A stretch of DNA of 64,000 nt from Octopus vulgaris (lineage: Eukaryota): contig OX597833.1 in NCBI GenBank assembly GCA_951406725.2, forward strand, positions 65,968,001 through 66,032,000, written 5' to 3'. Positions 14,755 to 30,213 of the stretch are shown in pieces; the first letter of the stretch is position 1; every line of letters starts with the position of its first letter. The translations under genes and the position numbers were made by a program. The notes below the pieces were generated by a model. It saw only the letters and a list, made by a program, of their open reading frames with translations, made no database searches and had not been told where the DNA came from.

Positions 14755-15285
14755 TAAGAACAGAAAAAAGAAAACTATTCTGGTTAATCCGACCTTCAGC
14801 ATACAAGCCTCCACACCAATAGTTAAATATCTTTCAAAATACTACAAGAAACACTTCTACCCCAACCACAAGTACTACAAACTAATAAACAAACTCAACG
14901 TAAAATTGTCATACTTACTACGAACAACTATGAAAATCTTCAGCTAATTACAGCCAGCAAAAATTTCTTGGAGGCGGAAACTCAAACCATACATGTAATA
15001 TCAATTGCAGTTGTAGAACACATACATCTTGTCCTCTACAAGAAACTGCTTCTCAATAAATACCGTATAACCACGAACACAACACCAACTACTGTATCTA
15101 CATATATAGGATGTACTGCAAAGCAGTTCAAGACACGTTACTACCAACACACACGCACTTTTTGCAAGGAAAATTATACGTCATTATCCACACATATATA
15201 GACATTAGTATCAAAAATACTCTGTTTAGCATCAATTCGGTCGAAATTAACCCTAAATTTCAAAAACAGAAAAAGTAAATATTCT
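14755..15285 (+). mobile_element. Penelope-like element fragment: RT-EN linker and GIY-YIG endonuclease (frameshifted)
   Basis: Reads RKRKLFW/NPTFS...KKHFYPNHKYYKLINKLNVKLSY, then CSCR....CPL and TYIGCTAKQFKTRYYQHTRTF...TSLSTHI (ORF 14968-15201). This matches the PLE motifs WFNPP.S, KHFP, CNCR..CPL and YIG.T...FK.R...H. Confidence 0.85.
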
Positions 15286-15480
15286 TCCATACATACATAC
15301 ATACATACATAAATACATACATACATACATACATACGTACGTACGTACGTACGTACACACGTACATACATACATACATACATACATACATACATACATAC
15401 ATACATACATACATACATACATACATACATACATACATACATACATACATACATACATACATACATACATACACACGTAC

Positions 15481-15787
15481 ATTTAGGTTTCTCAAAGCCA
15501 GAAATGAGACAGCTAATTCGAAGACTCCAATCCATCACTGGAACTGTAAAAATCTGCAAAACTTTCCAGAAGTTTATCATTTAAGTACATATGAGCATAT
15601 CTAGATATGCAACCATATGCATGAGAATACATACATAAAACAAAACATACAAATCTGCACACATACATACATACATACATCCATACATACATATATACAT
15701 CCATACATGCATACATATATACATACATATATACATACACACATATATACATACATACATACATACATACATACATACATACATACA

Positions 15788-15820
<33 letters not shown>

Positions 15821-15821
15821 G

Positions 15822-15852
<31 letters not shown>

Positions 15853-15974
15853 GCATACATACAAAATTATTTTGTTGTTGCTGTTGAAATTCCAATGAAG
15901 GAGCCTTGGATCTAGGTTAGAAACCAGCTCTTTCTCTATTGGAAAGAAACCTTGAAATAAAACTGAATAATGAC
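15481..15974 (+). mobile_element. 3' end of a restriction-like-endonuclease (R4/Dong/NeSL-type) non-LTR element flanked on both sides by (TACA)n
   Basis: 15483-15584 reads LGFSKPEMRQLIRRLQSITGTVKICKTFQKFII*, like the RLE C-terminal 'LQ....GT..I...' motif. The 3' UTR contains an internal (TACA)n and ends aaataaaactgaataatga before (TACA)n resumes. Confidence 0.65.
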
Positions 15975-16648
15975 ACACTCATACATACATATATACATAC
16001 ATACATACATACATTCATACATACAAACATACATACACACATACATACAAACATACATACACACATACATACATACATACATACATACATACATACATAC
16101 ATACATACATACATACATACATACATACATACATACATAAGCAATGTCTATATACACCTAATTTCATCTTTCCTACATTTTTAAAGTGATTTTCGTTCCC
16201 GTGTGACCTATCATATTATCGATGTTGCTTCTTAAACACAGTAATTCCAACCATGAGATATTATGAAAGATCTGCCAAAAGGTTTTAAAGATATGATTAA
16301 TAAAAAAAATATATATAATATAAATATCTATGGGAGAAAGAATAAATAAATAAAAATAATCGAATGTAATATTTTCCATTACAAGATTAGAGACGAATTT
16401 GAGACTTAAGCGTACATTCACACATACTCACCCACATGCAAGTGTACACGCACACAATCATTCACACACACAAACACACACATATATATACACACACGCA
16501 TGGACATAGATTGTGTGTGAGAAGGAGAGAGGAATGTGTACCAATATATGTATATATACTCATACACACACGTGTGTGTATACATATGTGTATATATATG
16601 TGTGTATACACACGTATATCTATGTATACATATATATTTATATTTACA

Positions 16649-16684
<36 letters not shown>

Positions 16685-16811
16685 TATACAATATATATAT
16701 GATATATATATATATACACATATATATCATATACATTTTATAGTTTATACTGTTTATAGTTTATATATATACATGCGCACATCTATATATATACATACAT
16801 ATGTATGTATA

Positions 16812-16883
<72 letters not shown>

Positions 16884-16998
16884 CACAAGCTTATACATAG
16901 GTATATATACGTACAGATAGAATGATTATTAGATATAGATAAATATGTCTATATGTTTTTATTTTATATTATATTATATATGTAGATAGATAGGCAGG

Positions 16999-17079
<81 letters not shown>

Positions 17080-18311
17080 GTTTCTATATTAGTGTATGTT
17101 TATATAAATATACATGTGTCTATACGTACATATAGATCGATGTATATTGATGTATGTGTATATGTGTGAATATGTATCAGTGAAGTGTGTGTGTTGTTGT
17201 ATAAGTATGCATGTCATTGGTTGCAAACGTATATTGCAATGGTTTGAAGATTTGTTTTTTATTGTGAAAGAAATAGGAATGAACGATGTGGGATAAAATA
17301 ATGGTAAATATTGGACAAAGAAAGAGAGTGAAATAAGGAGATGGTAAAAAGAGAAATGAAGAGAGAGGAAGAAAGTAATAAATGAATTTATTCCTAAACT
17401 TTTACACTTTCAAGTGTTAATGGAGATATAAGAAAAATTGTAAGACGAAACATTAATTGTTTCCGAAAACGATTTGTGTTTGTGCAGATATATTTCTTAT
17501 TATCTGTAGAGCAAACGAGATACATTAAGTATGATTAAAAAGTATAAAATCTCATGTCTAGTCAACTTTTGAGTTCTTTTATATCAGATAGGTTTTTTAA
17601 TAAGGGACAGTTGTAGTTTAAAGAACAACAAAACTACATTTCTGGTAAGTGACCGGAAATTTTTCACTCAACCTTCCAGTAATTAGCTCCAAATATTCTT
17701 CAAATATCCAAAATATTTTCAGGCAGTATTATATGATGTCATCCTTAACTCGGATTATACCTTATCCAACATGTCCTTCCGCATTTTTAAGGCGATGGGT
17801 TTGGAATTTTAGGAAGATTAGACTGCTATTTTTAGCTGCTTGAACTACCACATTGTACCTATCTCATATGTTGTTTTCACTGTTTATGCAGAGTGGTAGT
17901 ATATTTGTGTGTTATACGTTGATGACAAGCATTCGTTCACATTTATCGGTCTTTCAATTTCCATACATGTCTTGACAAAGTTGTGACATTACTTTTTAAT
18001 TTATCCGTAAATCTTGTAGCTGAAGAAACTGTCTCCTTAATCTGCCATCGAACAAGCTGATACAGCTTTATTGGGTTTTTTAATTTTCCTTTGTTACGCT
18101 AGTCATTTGGGACGCTAGCTTAATAACAATTGGTTTGATTAAATATTTGTTATTGATAGGATAGATCTCCTATGAAGAGAAATTAAATCTATTTTCTTGA
18201 ATATTGCTTTTGTTGGCCCTTCAGAGCCTATTCATGTATTTCTGGTTTGGTCTGTATTGATATATTTAATGAACAGTAGAAATTATCATGCAGTGAGATC
18301 GATCGATCGAT

Positions 18312-18346
<35 letters not shown>

Positions 18347-19001
18347 GGTAGACAGATATCAAATAGACAGATAGAGATACAGACAAACAGACAGACAAGC
18401 AGGCTGGCAGACAAGCAGACAGGCAGACAAGAGACAAGAGATGCCGGCTGGCTCAATAGTGCATGAGTAAATTTCCCTGTATTTGCCCAAGTCATAAAAA
18501 GACTACCGACAGCTATAGTACAGCTGTAACTAACATTGACGTTGTTCTTATCAAAAAGATTCATCTCATTTGTGACTGGTTGGGCAAATGATTTCTGATG
18601 TGGTAAACGTTACGAAATCCCTAGCTTTGAGTAAGATGAGTTACTTAATACACACATGCACACATACATTGATGATACACATTTTCCTGATTCTTTTATC
18701 GTTTTATTTGGTATCGTAAAATTTGGTATCACACTTCAGTTACGTTTCTTGCTTTGTTTCTTTCGAACATCATGGCTTTATTTTCCAGCTGTAAATTTCT
18801 GCTTCTCTTCACCTCTCTTTCCTATCTATTTCAGACTCACACACAACACAACACACACACACACACATACTCTCTCTCTCTCTCTCCTCTTTTTCATTCA
18901 CTTTTTCCTCACTTCTCTTTCTCTCTCTCAGTGTTCCATTATTTCATCTACACTGTCATACTTATAGCCATACATATGTATGTATTTATGTATGCACATA
19001 A

Positions 19002-19041
<40 letters not shown>

Positions 19042-19195
19042 ATTATGATGTATGTATGTATATGTAGATGGATAGATGCATACAACTCTGGAATGGATGA
19101 GTGGTTAAGCGGCCTACTTTTCAAACACGATGAGGCACCTTGAGCAAGTATCTTCCACAATAGCCACCTACCCAATCAATGAATTCCCGTCGTGT

Positions 19196-19277
<82 letters not shown>

Positions 19278-19280
<3 letters not shown>

Positions 19281-19477
19281 GGAGAGTTTACGCAAAAAAC
19301 AAAAGACGAAGACAGGTGGTGTAGAAGACAAACAGATGTATTAGTATAACGCTCAGGAATAGAAAAAGTCTTTTACGTTTCGAGCCTACGCTCTTCTACA
19401 GAAAGAGACACAGAAAAAAACTAGGAGCGAAACAAGGAGAGAAGAAAATGTGTATAGTGGCTAACGATCTATCATGG

Positions 19478-19480
<3 letters not shown>
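19278..19480 (-). mobile_element. Penelope-like family P1 fragment in (TA)n with hammerhead-like motif (19369-19406)
   Basis: Near-identical to 5320-5500 and 32995-33197. Confidence 0.7.
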
Positions 19481-19515
<35 letters not shown>

Positions 19516-19518
<3 letters not shown>

Positions 19519-19669
19519 TCCCGGGTTGATTCGGGGTTAACCACAGTAAGTAAGGTACTCAATACATAGCAGAGTAAAATTAATTTATTATATAGAAGGA
19601 GCTTCTACAGGACTAGTACTGTTTCATTCATTGAATGAAACAGTACTAGTCTGTGTCTCCTTCTATATA

Positions 19670-19676
<7 letters not shown>
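19516..19676. mobile_element. Penelope-like family P2 fragment in (TA)n with terminal foldback (arms 19583-19630 / 19632-19675)
   Basis: Shares two segments with 32298-32437 in different relative orientation. Contains the palindrome ...gactagtactgtttcattca-t-tgaatgaaacagtactagtc.... Confidence 0.6.
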
Positions 19677-19733
<57 letters not shown>

Positions 19734-20415
19734 ATATATATACAGACTATATATTATATATATTATGTACATAGGTATGTAAGTATGTATTATGTATGTA
19801 TGTGTGTATGTTTGATGTCTCTTGCCATTATTGTCATTCCGTGTCTCAACATTTTAAATTCCTTTTTCTTCATCTTCTTCTCACCACCGTCACCCCCGCC
19901 ACCGCCACCGCCATAACCAATTTAAATGATATATGACATGGTTAGAAAGATTAATCTGTATCAACTTTTTTAATAATAATAATAATATATATCGCCCCGC
20001 CACCACCACCACCACCACCAGCGCAAACACTACCAGTACCATCACCAATAACACCAGAACAGACGCCACCACCACCACCACCATCACCATTACCATTACC
20101 ATCACTATCATTCATTACACTATAACATGTAAACAAACATACGAGTAAAGAAAAAAAAAAGAGAGCATCGGTTTTTATGCAACGGAAAGGAACGAAAACG
20201 AACGAAAACGAACGAAAAACAAAGAAAATTACCTAAAGCAAACGGGAAGAGAAAAAATAATAATAATAAAAAAGAAGGTAAACCAAAAAAATAAAATATT
20301 TAAATGAGACGAAATCGAAAACGAGTCTTTTATACACAGAATAAGATCTTTGATGTTTCAACTCCATTTTATTAATTTCTTTCGTATAGTTTTCTTGGGT
20401 TTTTTTTCTTTCATA

Positions 20416-20492
20416 GGGGTAGTTTTGATCGGGGTACTTTTTGATAGAGTACTTTTTGATAGGGTATTTTTTAATAGGGGTATTTTTACTGA
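20416..20492 (+). repeat. ~15-bp minisatellite, ~5 units (GGGTACTTTTTGATA-like)
   Basis: ggggtagttttgatc ggggtactttttgata gagtactttttgata gggtattttttaata ggggtatttttactga. Confidence 0.8.
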
Positions 20493-21034
20493 TTTTTATC
20501 CTCACACCACCACCATCACCATCACTAATCCACCGCTCTTCTGCGTTTTATTCCTTACATATTTTATATATATTTTTTTACAGTTTTACCCTATTATGTT
20601 TTTCTATTTTATTTTATTTTATATTATTTTATTTTATTTACTGTGTGCGTATTATATGGCTATTTTTTCCCGCTTTATTTCCTAAATATTCCATTTGATG
20701 TCATGCTAAAGAGTTAATAGTAGTTAGGGTAGAAGTCTCAAAATAAAAAGAAAACAGATATCAAAGAATATATAAACAGAAAACAAAAATCAGGAGAAGA
20801 AAAGCACAAAACCAATAAAATTATAAATAAAAAATACACATAAAAACATACACGAAATAATATACACATTCACACACACACACGTATACACAAACACATA
20901 CATACAAAGCGAAACATAACAGAGATCCTATCAAACTAAGAACATCACAAAGAGAAGTCATTTGAAATAAAAGAAAGAGAAGAGGAGAGAATAAAACAGA
21001 AAGAGGCGGGAACTAGAGAATTAAGAGTGTGTTA

Positions 21035-21627
<593 letters not shown>

Positions 21628-21909
21628 AGTGGAAGGAGAGAGAGTGGAGAGGCCTATCCTTTTTTAAACAACGCTTTCATAGAAATGATAACTTATGTTT
21701 AAACCATTTCAGAAACTAAAAGCTCATTACTATCAACAACATTATCCCTGTAAAAGAAGAGAAAACGCTTAAAACTTCATTTTATAAAGACATAATGACC
21801 AAGATTTTTGATTTATGAAGATATAATACACTTGCTTTTATCGTTGTGGTTCATTATATTATTGTTGTTATTGTTCATGTCGTTATTATCATTATCGTCA
21901 TTATCTTTA

Positions 21910-22848
<939 letters not shown>

Positions 22849-23728
22849 TGCTTGAAGAGGTGTCATTCATAAGTCCTAAGTTGTTTACTTTTTACCTGTG
22901 TTGCACATGTGTTTAGTGACGTTACTGCTTCGCTTCTTATTTTCGTTGCTCTTCATGTTTTGTTTTGTTTTTTGTTTCTTTGCTGAAGTATGTCATAGCA
23001 GTTGTTGTTGTTGTTCCTGTCATTATGGTTCCTCGTCTTGTTGTTGTGATTAAAATGGCGGTACAGCGGGTTACTTTGCCTTTTGTTTTATTTTCATATT
23101 AGCTTCCATTTTCTTTCCTTATTTTTTTCTTTCATGTTTTCGCCGTAAGTAGTTCTTTTCGTTGCGTTTTTTAGTTTCCTTCTTTTTTCCATTTTTTCGG
23201 TTTTTTCTATTTCTCGGCTGCCTTCCTTTTGCAGAATTTTTTTTATTATTAAACTGGCATAGTTGCCTTCAAATACACACACACACACACACACACGCAC
23301 ACAATATACAATATACATATATATATACATATGTGTGTGTGTATGTATATATGTGTGTAATAAATACACAAAAAATAAGTACATACATATATCTATAAAT
23401 ATAAGGTGGTACATGTATAAACATATATGCATAGATATACACACACCTATATTATAATATTTATATACATACCTGCATGCATGTATTTATATAGCATTTA
23501 AAAATACGTATATTTTTTATACCGATGTGTGTATACATATATGATTGAATAATATATATATTTATATATATATACATATATATATATATATGCATACATG
23601 CATATATACACAGATGTACATATTTAAATATAGATATATAGATACACATATATGAGCGTATATATATACATAAATGTACACATATATATACATACCTATA
23701 TATATTCATACATATAAGTGAGTGTGTG

Positions 23729-23766
<38 letters not shown>

Positions 23767-24209
23767 TGTGTGTGTGCGTATACATATGCATATATATCTG
23801 TGCAGGTATTTGTGTAATCTGCATATATAAGTGAATACTTGTATACATGTAGGGAGCATAATTTCTTTTATAATGGTAAGGGAGAGAAAAAAAACCTCGA
23901 CGAATGAATGGATGTGTTTTGTTACCCAGTGAGAGTGAGACGATGAAGTGGAGCAAGGAGAGTGTTTGGAGGGAATGAAATAGAAAACGAGAGATATACA
24001 ATGATCACGCTAACGTTAAGCGGTATAGCATCTCTAAAGAGGAACATACAGTCATGTGTGTGTGTGTGTACCTGTGAGTGTGTGTGTATGTGTGTGTGTG
24101 TGTTGCGCAGAGAGACAGAGAAAAAAGGGCGAAAAGTGAGAGCGGTGTGCATGCTTACATGAAGCATCAACAGACAATTATGGCTTCGGATTCACATACT
24201 CTATATTTT

Positions 24210-24296
<87 letters not shown>

Positions 24297-24562
24297 GTAT
24301 ATATATATATGTATGTATGTATATATGTATATATGTATGTATGTATGTATATACATCTACATATATACATATATGTATATATGTATGAATGTATACATAC
24401 GTTCATATATACAAAAAATATATAACTATATATATATGTACATAAGCATATATATTTACACACAAGCACATATGCTTGTGCATGTATATTTATATATAAA
24501 TACATAGGCATAAATATGTATAATGCTTTCTACATATATTGGTGAATATAAGCAACACACAA

Positions 24563-24622
<60 letters not shown>

Positions 24623-25174
24623 GTTTACAGATAGATAGATGTATAGATAGATAGAAATAGATATAGTTATACATATAAATATACATTAATATATACGGTT
24701 ATATACATATATTTATCTATGTACGTGTGTGTGTGTGTGTGTGTGTGTGTATACATAAATGTCGAACTGCTCTCTATTCATTCCATCGATGGAAACGTGT
24801 CATTTTCGTATATTAACATCTACTTTGGCCATTTTCTTATTCATTTCAGAATCTAAATGCTCATACAAATACACCTCCTTCTTTTAGATTGAGATATAAA
24901 ATGTTTCGAAAAAGACCCAAAAGGATCATTTTTGATATTTACAGTTACCATTATTTTCTTCTGCTTATTGATTTTTGTTTTTTGTTTTCTTTTGTTTGTT
25001 TGTTTTTTGTTTTGGTTTTTTTCTTTTTTCCTCATATGTATTCTCTGCTATCAATTCCAGTGGGTTCCTTATTGTTTTTGCATTTTGTAGAGGAAACTGA
25101 TGTATATCTTGCTTAACAAACATAGGTAACGGGCGATAACGAAGGCGATAACGGAGAAGATAGATAGATAGATG

Positions 25175-25272
<98 letters not shown>

Positions 25273-25330
25273 CAGATGAATAGATACATACATACATATA
25301 TAGACGTATATATATATATCATATACATAT

Positions 25331-25387
<57 letters not shown>

Positions 25388-25447
25388 GAATAGATACATA
25401 CATACATATATAGACGTATATATATATATCATATACATATTAATAAG

Positions 25448-25484
<37 letters not shown>

Positions 25485-25583
25485 ATACATATACAAACAT
25501 ATATATATATATAACTTTCAAACATATACATAACCATATTTATTTATAAACACATACATGTGTAAGTTTGTATGCATATTGAT

Positions 25584-25629
<46 letters not shown>

Positions 25630-25689
25630 CATACATATACATACATACATACATACATACATACATACATACATACATACATACATACA

Positions 25690-25720
<31 letters not shown>

Positions 25721-26838
25721 GTACACATACTTACATTCAGTATATTCATACGCATAGAAATATGTGTCATTAATTTTCCTTTTTATTTATTTTTTTTTTT
25801 TTTTCGTTATTCTTCAGATCTTTTGATGAAAAGGAAACTTATTGGTAAATTGACAATTTACGATTAAAAAAATAGAAGGAAAGCGGGAAATTAACAAAAA
25901 TTTATGAGAACGATAGATTGAAAAGAATAAGATAAAAGGAATTTGGGATACACGTAGAGTAAAATCTTAAAGTATGATCACTTAGTTCTATATTTATAAA
26001 AACCGTAACAGTAAAATGATTAGCTGTAGGTTTAAAATCTGAAAAATCTTTGCTATCTGGAATACAGCCGATGACTTAAAGATTCAGTTTTCGAGAGAAA
26101 TACAAGGGAGATAACTTGCAGAAAGTATTTGAGCTCCAATATTGAAGGCATAAATCAGATTATTAAAAATAAATTTATTTGACATGCAAAATAATACAAT
26201 ATGCTAAATAAGGGAGACGTAACATTTGCAGGAATATTATTAAAATTGGTAATGCAAGATGCCAATGAAGATTTACGGACAGAATGTTATCGTAAATAAC
26301 TGTAATCATTGTGAAAAATTACTGTAGGTAATTATAGTTATTAAACGAAGTTTAATTTTTTTTTTTAAATGCTGTGGTTGGCTTTAAATATTATGAAGAA
26401 TATATAGTTACCATGTTTTGATTCGGTTATAGAGTCTGCAGCAGTGAAAAATGTTTATAGACAGGAAACTTAGAATTAGGAATATTAAATACCAGTTAAT
26501 GATTGTTAAAGAAATTTTGGAATTGTAATGAGTTGAGTTACGATATATTTACAACATGTTGTATGATGGAATCGCTTTAGAATGGCAACGGAAAAGCATG
26601 AAATTGTAAAACATGTAACGGTCAATTAACATAACTTTAACATTTATAAATGATGAAATTAAATAGACATACATGAGAGAGGAAATACAGGAAAATGTAC
26701 GCAAATGCATACATTCATAAATAGCTCTCCCTCTCTCTCTCTCTCTCTCTCTCATTCTCACTATCGTTCTCTCTCACTCTTCCTTCTTCTCTGTGTGTGT
26801 ATACAAACTCACACGCATAAACAACACACACATATACA

Positions 26839-26870
26839 CTAGACTACCCGTGACCCGTTGGGTCACCAGG
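26839..26870 (-). mobile_element. Helitron-like 3' terminus (element probably extends to higher coordinates)
   Basis: Minus strand reads GTGACCC-AAC-GGGTCAC hairpin, 7 nt, then CTAG followed by T. This is the canonical Helitron 3' end. The 5' end was not identified. Confidence 0.5.
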
Positions 26871-27429
26871 AAAGTATGAATTTTCCAGCAACGGAGTTTT
26901 ACTGAACATTCAGTTTTTTTTATATGCTAGACCACTGGTGTGAAATCGATGTTAATTAAATTAATATCTAATTTCTCACCCTCATTTTAAATTTAAATTT
27001 AAATTAATACGTTCTCTAGCCGGCAAAGGCTGCTGAAGTAAAGTATTATTTGCAGCATCAGTTTTTCCGGTAATTTAGCGCGCCAAAAGGAGGACATTTG
27101 AAATAGTAGCCACGAGTGTAATAGGTAGGACTGTTTTACAAGTCTGACTTTGTGCGGACGCCCTAGTATGCAGTCCTGTAAATTATATTCATTTGGACGG
27201 TCACACCGATGATCTACGGACATTTATGTAAGTAAAATTACGTAATATGTTAATAGTGAAACATGTATGCGAATAATCCATATTTTTATTGCTTTTTCTG
27301 TTGTCTTGCTCGATTACGTTTTGGTTGTTTTGCTAATTTTTTCTTGAGAACATTTCTTAGTGGTAAAACCATAGCGGATCTATTTCTAGCATAAGGGTGT
27401 TCACATAGTTGTTTCTCTCTAATATATAT

Positions 27430-27838
27430 ACTCTTTACTCTCTTTACTCTTTTGCTTGTTTCAGGCATTTGACTGCAGCCATGCTGGAGCACCGCCTTTT
27501 TAGTCGAGCAAATCGACCCCGGGACTTATTCTTTGTAAGCCCAGTACTTATTCTATCGGTCTCTTTTGCCGAACCACTAAGTGACGGGGACGTAAACACA
27601 CCAGCATCGGTTTTCAAGCAATGCTAGGGGGACAAACACATACACACACACATATATATATATATTATACATATATACGACAGGCTTCTTTCAGTTTCCG
27701 TCTACCAAATCCACTCACAAGGCATTAGTCGGCCCGGGGCTATAGTAGAAGACACCTGCCCAAGATGCCACGCAGCAGGACTGAACCCGGAACCATGTGG
27801 TTGGTAAGCAAGCTACTTACCACACAGCCTCTCCTGCG

Positions 27839-27840
<2 letters not shown>
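27430..27840 (-). mobile_element. Full-length SINE family A
   Basis: Reverse complement begins ggcgcaggagaggctgtgtggtaag (A-box), ggttcagtcc (B-box), cttgggcaggtgtctt (CORE-like), then an internal (TA/TG)n and the AAAGAGT tail. Confidence 0.93.
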
Positions 27841-27875
<35 letters not shown>

Positions 27876-28057
27876 GTGTGTGTATGTGTGTGCATGCGTG
27901 TATATGTGTATATATACCAATACAAATGTGGCTCCAAGCTCATTTGACCATTTCAAAATATAATAACCCTTTTGTGTGCTAAGTATTTTCATTTATTCTT
28001 TTATAAGCAATTAACACACTTCTTGGAAAACCTTTTTAATTACTCTTGAAAATTACG

Positions 28058-28627
28058 TCTTTCAAATGGCCACCATTTTGTGTTTGACAATGGTGGGTTC
28101 TTTCTAAAAGTATTATTTGATTTTACAATAGCCCAGTGACTTCTCGGCCACCTTTATCATGGACCTCGACGTAGCTTCCTTACAAAGTTCCACTGTTGCA
28201 GGTGTATAGCCGGTGGTCTCATGTGTCACCGAACGATAAGCGAACAATAACGCAGGTAGCTTCAAATCCCATTCCAACTGTCCTTCTACACAATATTTGG
28301 CTAGTTCTTGCCCTAGTGTCCAGTTAAACCTCTCTACCATCCCGTCCGACTGTGGTCTCATTGGGATTTTCTGGTCTTCTTAATCCCCAACAGCTTACAA
28401 CACTCCTGGAACACAGCTGATTAAAAGTTCCTACCTTGATCGGAATGAAACTCTTGGTGCACCCCGAACCGACAGAAGAACTGATCTTTCAAGTGGCCAC
28501 CGTTTTATGTTTGACAATGGTGGCACTCTTTCTAAAAGTGTTATTTTATTTTACAATAGCCCAGTGACTTCTGGGCCTCCTTGTATCATGGACCCCGGCG
28601 TAGCTTCCGTTTACAATGCTCCACTGT
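28058..28627 (+). repeat. ~140-bp direct repeats (28058-28196 / 28485-28627) bracketing the integrase fragment
   Basis: tctttcaa(a/g)tggccacc...tttgacaatggtgg...tttacaatagcccagtgacttct...gtagcttcc...ccactgt occurs twice. Confidence 0.9.
28197..28490 (-). mobile_element. Gypsy/Ty3 integrase core fragment (pseudogenised)
   Basis: Minus strand reads DQFFCRFGVHQEFHSDQGRNF*SAVFQECCKLLGIKKTR / MRPQSDGMVERFNWTL...WDLKLPALLFAYRSVTHETTGYTPA, with the rve motifs HSDQG.NF and PQSDG.VER.N.TL. Confidence 0.92.
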
Positions 28628-29043
28628 GATATATGGCATTCGTCAAAACTAGCGCAAAGTACCACGTAGAGTATGGATCGAACCAGGAACCATACAGTAA
28701 CAAAACTGAATTATTAACTACATAACCATACATGCTTTCAACACAGTTCCAACCAAAAATCAATAAATAACGCTAAAAAAATTAATTCATGACACCTTCC
28801 TCGCAATAAGACCTTTGGGCCTCGGCATAGCTTCCGTTTACAAAGTTCCACTGTTATATGGCATTTTTCAAAACTAGCGCAAAGTACCGCGTAGAGTATT
28901 GATCGAACCAGGAACCATACAGTAACAAAACTGAATTAATAACTACACAACCATACATGCTTTCAACACAGTTCCAACCAAAAATCAATAAATAACGTTA
29001 AAAAAAATTAATTCATGACACCTTCCTCACAATAAGACCTTTG
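28597..29043 (+). repeat. ~225-bp tandem duplication (28597-28817 / 28824-29043)
   Basis: ggc(g/a)tagcttccgtttacaa...caaaactagcgcaaagtacc...gacaccttcctc(g/a)caataagacctttg occurs twice. Confidence 0.92.
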
Positions 29044-29917
29044 AAAGCATTCGTCCATTACAAATGTAAGTTTATTGTTTTCAATAATTCCACGTATTAT
29101 GCAATTCTATAGCAGAAGTGTCTCAATTTATATCATGTCTGCTTTATTATATGACGCTCCGAGGTAATTACGAAGACACTAAACCGAAGACGATTTTTAT
29201 TTTGTCATTTTTTTCTTTTTATTGTTTATTTTGCTTTTTTTTCCAAAAATTTATTGAGAAATATAGCGATGCTATTTTATATTTTCGTTCATTATTTAAT
29301 TTTATCAATCCGGTTTATTTACGTGTAAAAGCACAGATGTTTTATTTTTCTTCGTCGTATCACGTATATTCATTAAAATGTTTTGTATTTGTGTATGTAT
29401 GTATGTATGTTTGTATATGTATGTACGTATGTATGTATGTGTGTATGTATGTATGTATGTATGTATATATATATATATATGTATATATGTGTATGTGTGT
29501 GTGCATGTGTGTATGCTTTTATGCATGTATGTATGTATGTATGTATGTATGGATGGATGGATGGATGGATGTGTGTATGTATGTCTGTATGTGTGGATGT
29601 ATGTGTGTATGTACGTACGTAGGTATGTATGTATGCATGTATGAATGCATGTATGTATGTATGTATGTGTGTAAGTGTGTATGTGTGTATGTATGTATGC
29701 ATGTATGCACTATGTACGTACGTAGGCATGTATGTATGCATGTATGTATGTATGTGTGTGTATAAGTGTGTATGTATGTATATGTTTCGGTGTGAATATG
29801 TTAATTTGAATGCGTTTGTATGTAGACGTGTGTATGTATTTGGGTGTGTGCTAGTCGGTGTGTGTGTGTGTGGTACGTGCGTGTGGGGTATGAGTGTTCA
29901 TATGTGTGGGGGTTGTG

Positions 29918-29998
29918 TGTGTGCGTGTGCTACCCTGTGTGCGTGTGCTACCCTGTGTGCGTGTGCTACCCTGTGTGCGTGTGCTACCCTGTGTGCGT
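29918..29998 (+). repeat. 18-bp tandem repeat x4 (GTGTGCGTGTGCTACCCT)
   Basis: Direct reading. Confidence 0.92.
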
Positions 29999-30176
29999 GG
30001 TATGTGCGTGTGAGGGTGAATGTGTGTGTATGAGTGTGTGTATGTGTGCGTGCGCGCGTTTGTGCTTGCGTGGATATTATTCAAAATGAAGTTAGAAAAT
30101 ATAAAGAAAGCAAGTGTGGAAACTTATTCCTGGGTCTGTCAAAGAGAAGAGAGAGAGTGAGCGCGTGTGTGTGTAT

Positions 30177-30213
<37 letters not shown>

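Noticed and set aside
29929-29990. TACCCTGT resembling the miR-10 seed region
   Set aside because: Part of an 18-bp tandem repeat; the rest of miR-10 and a hairpin are absent.
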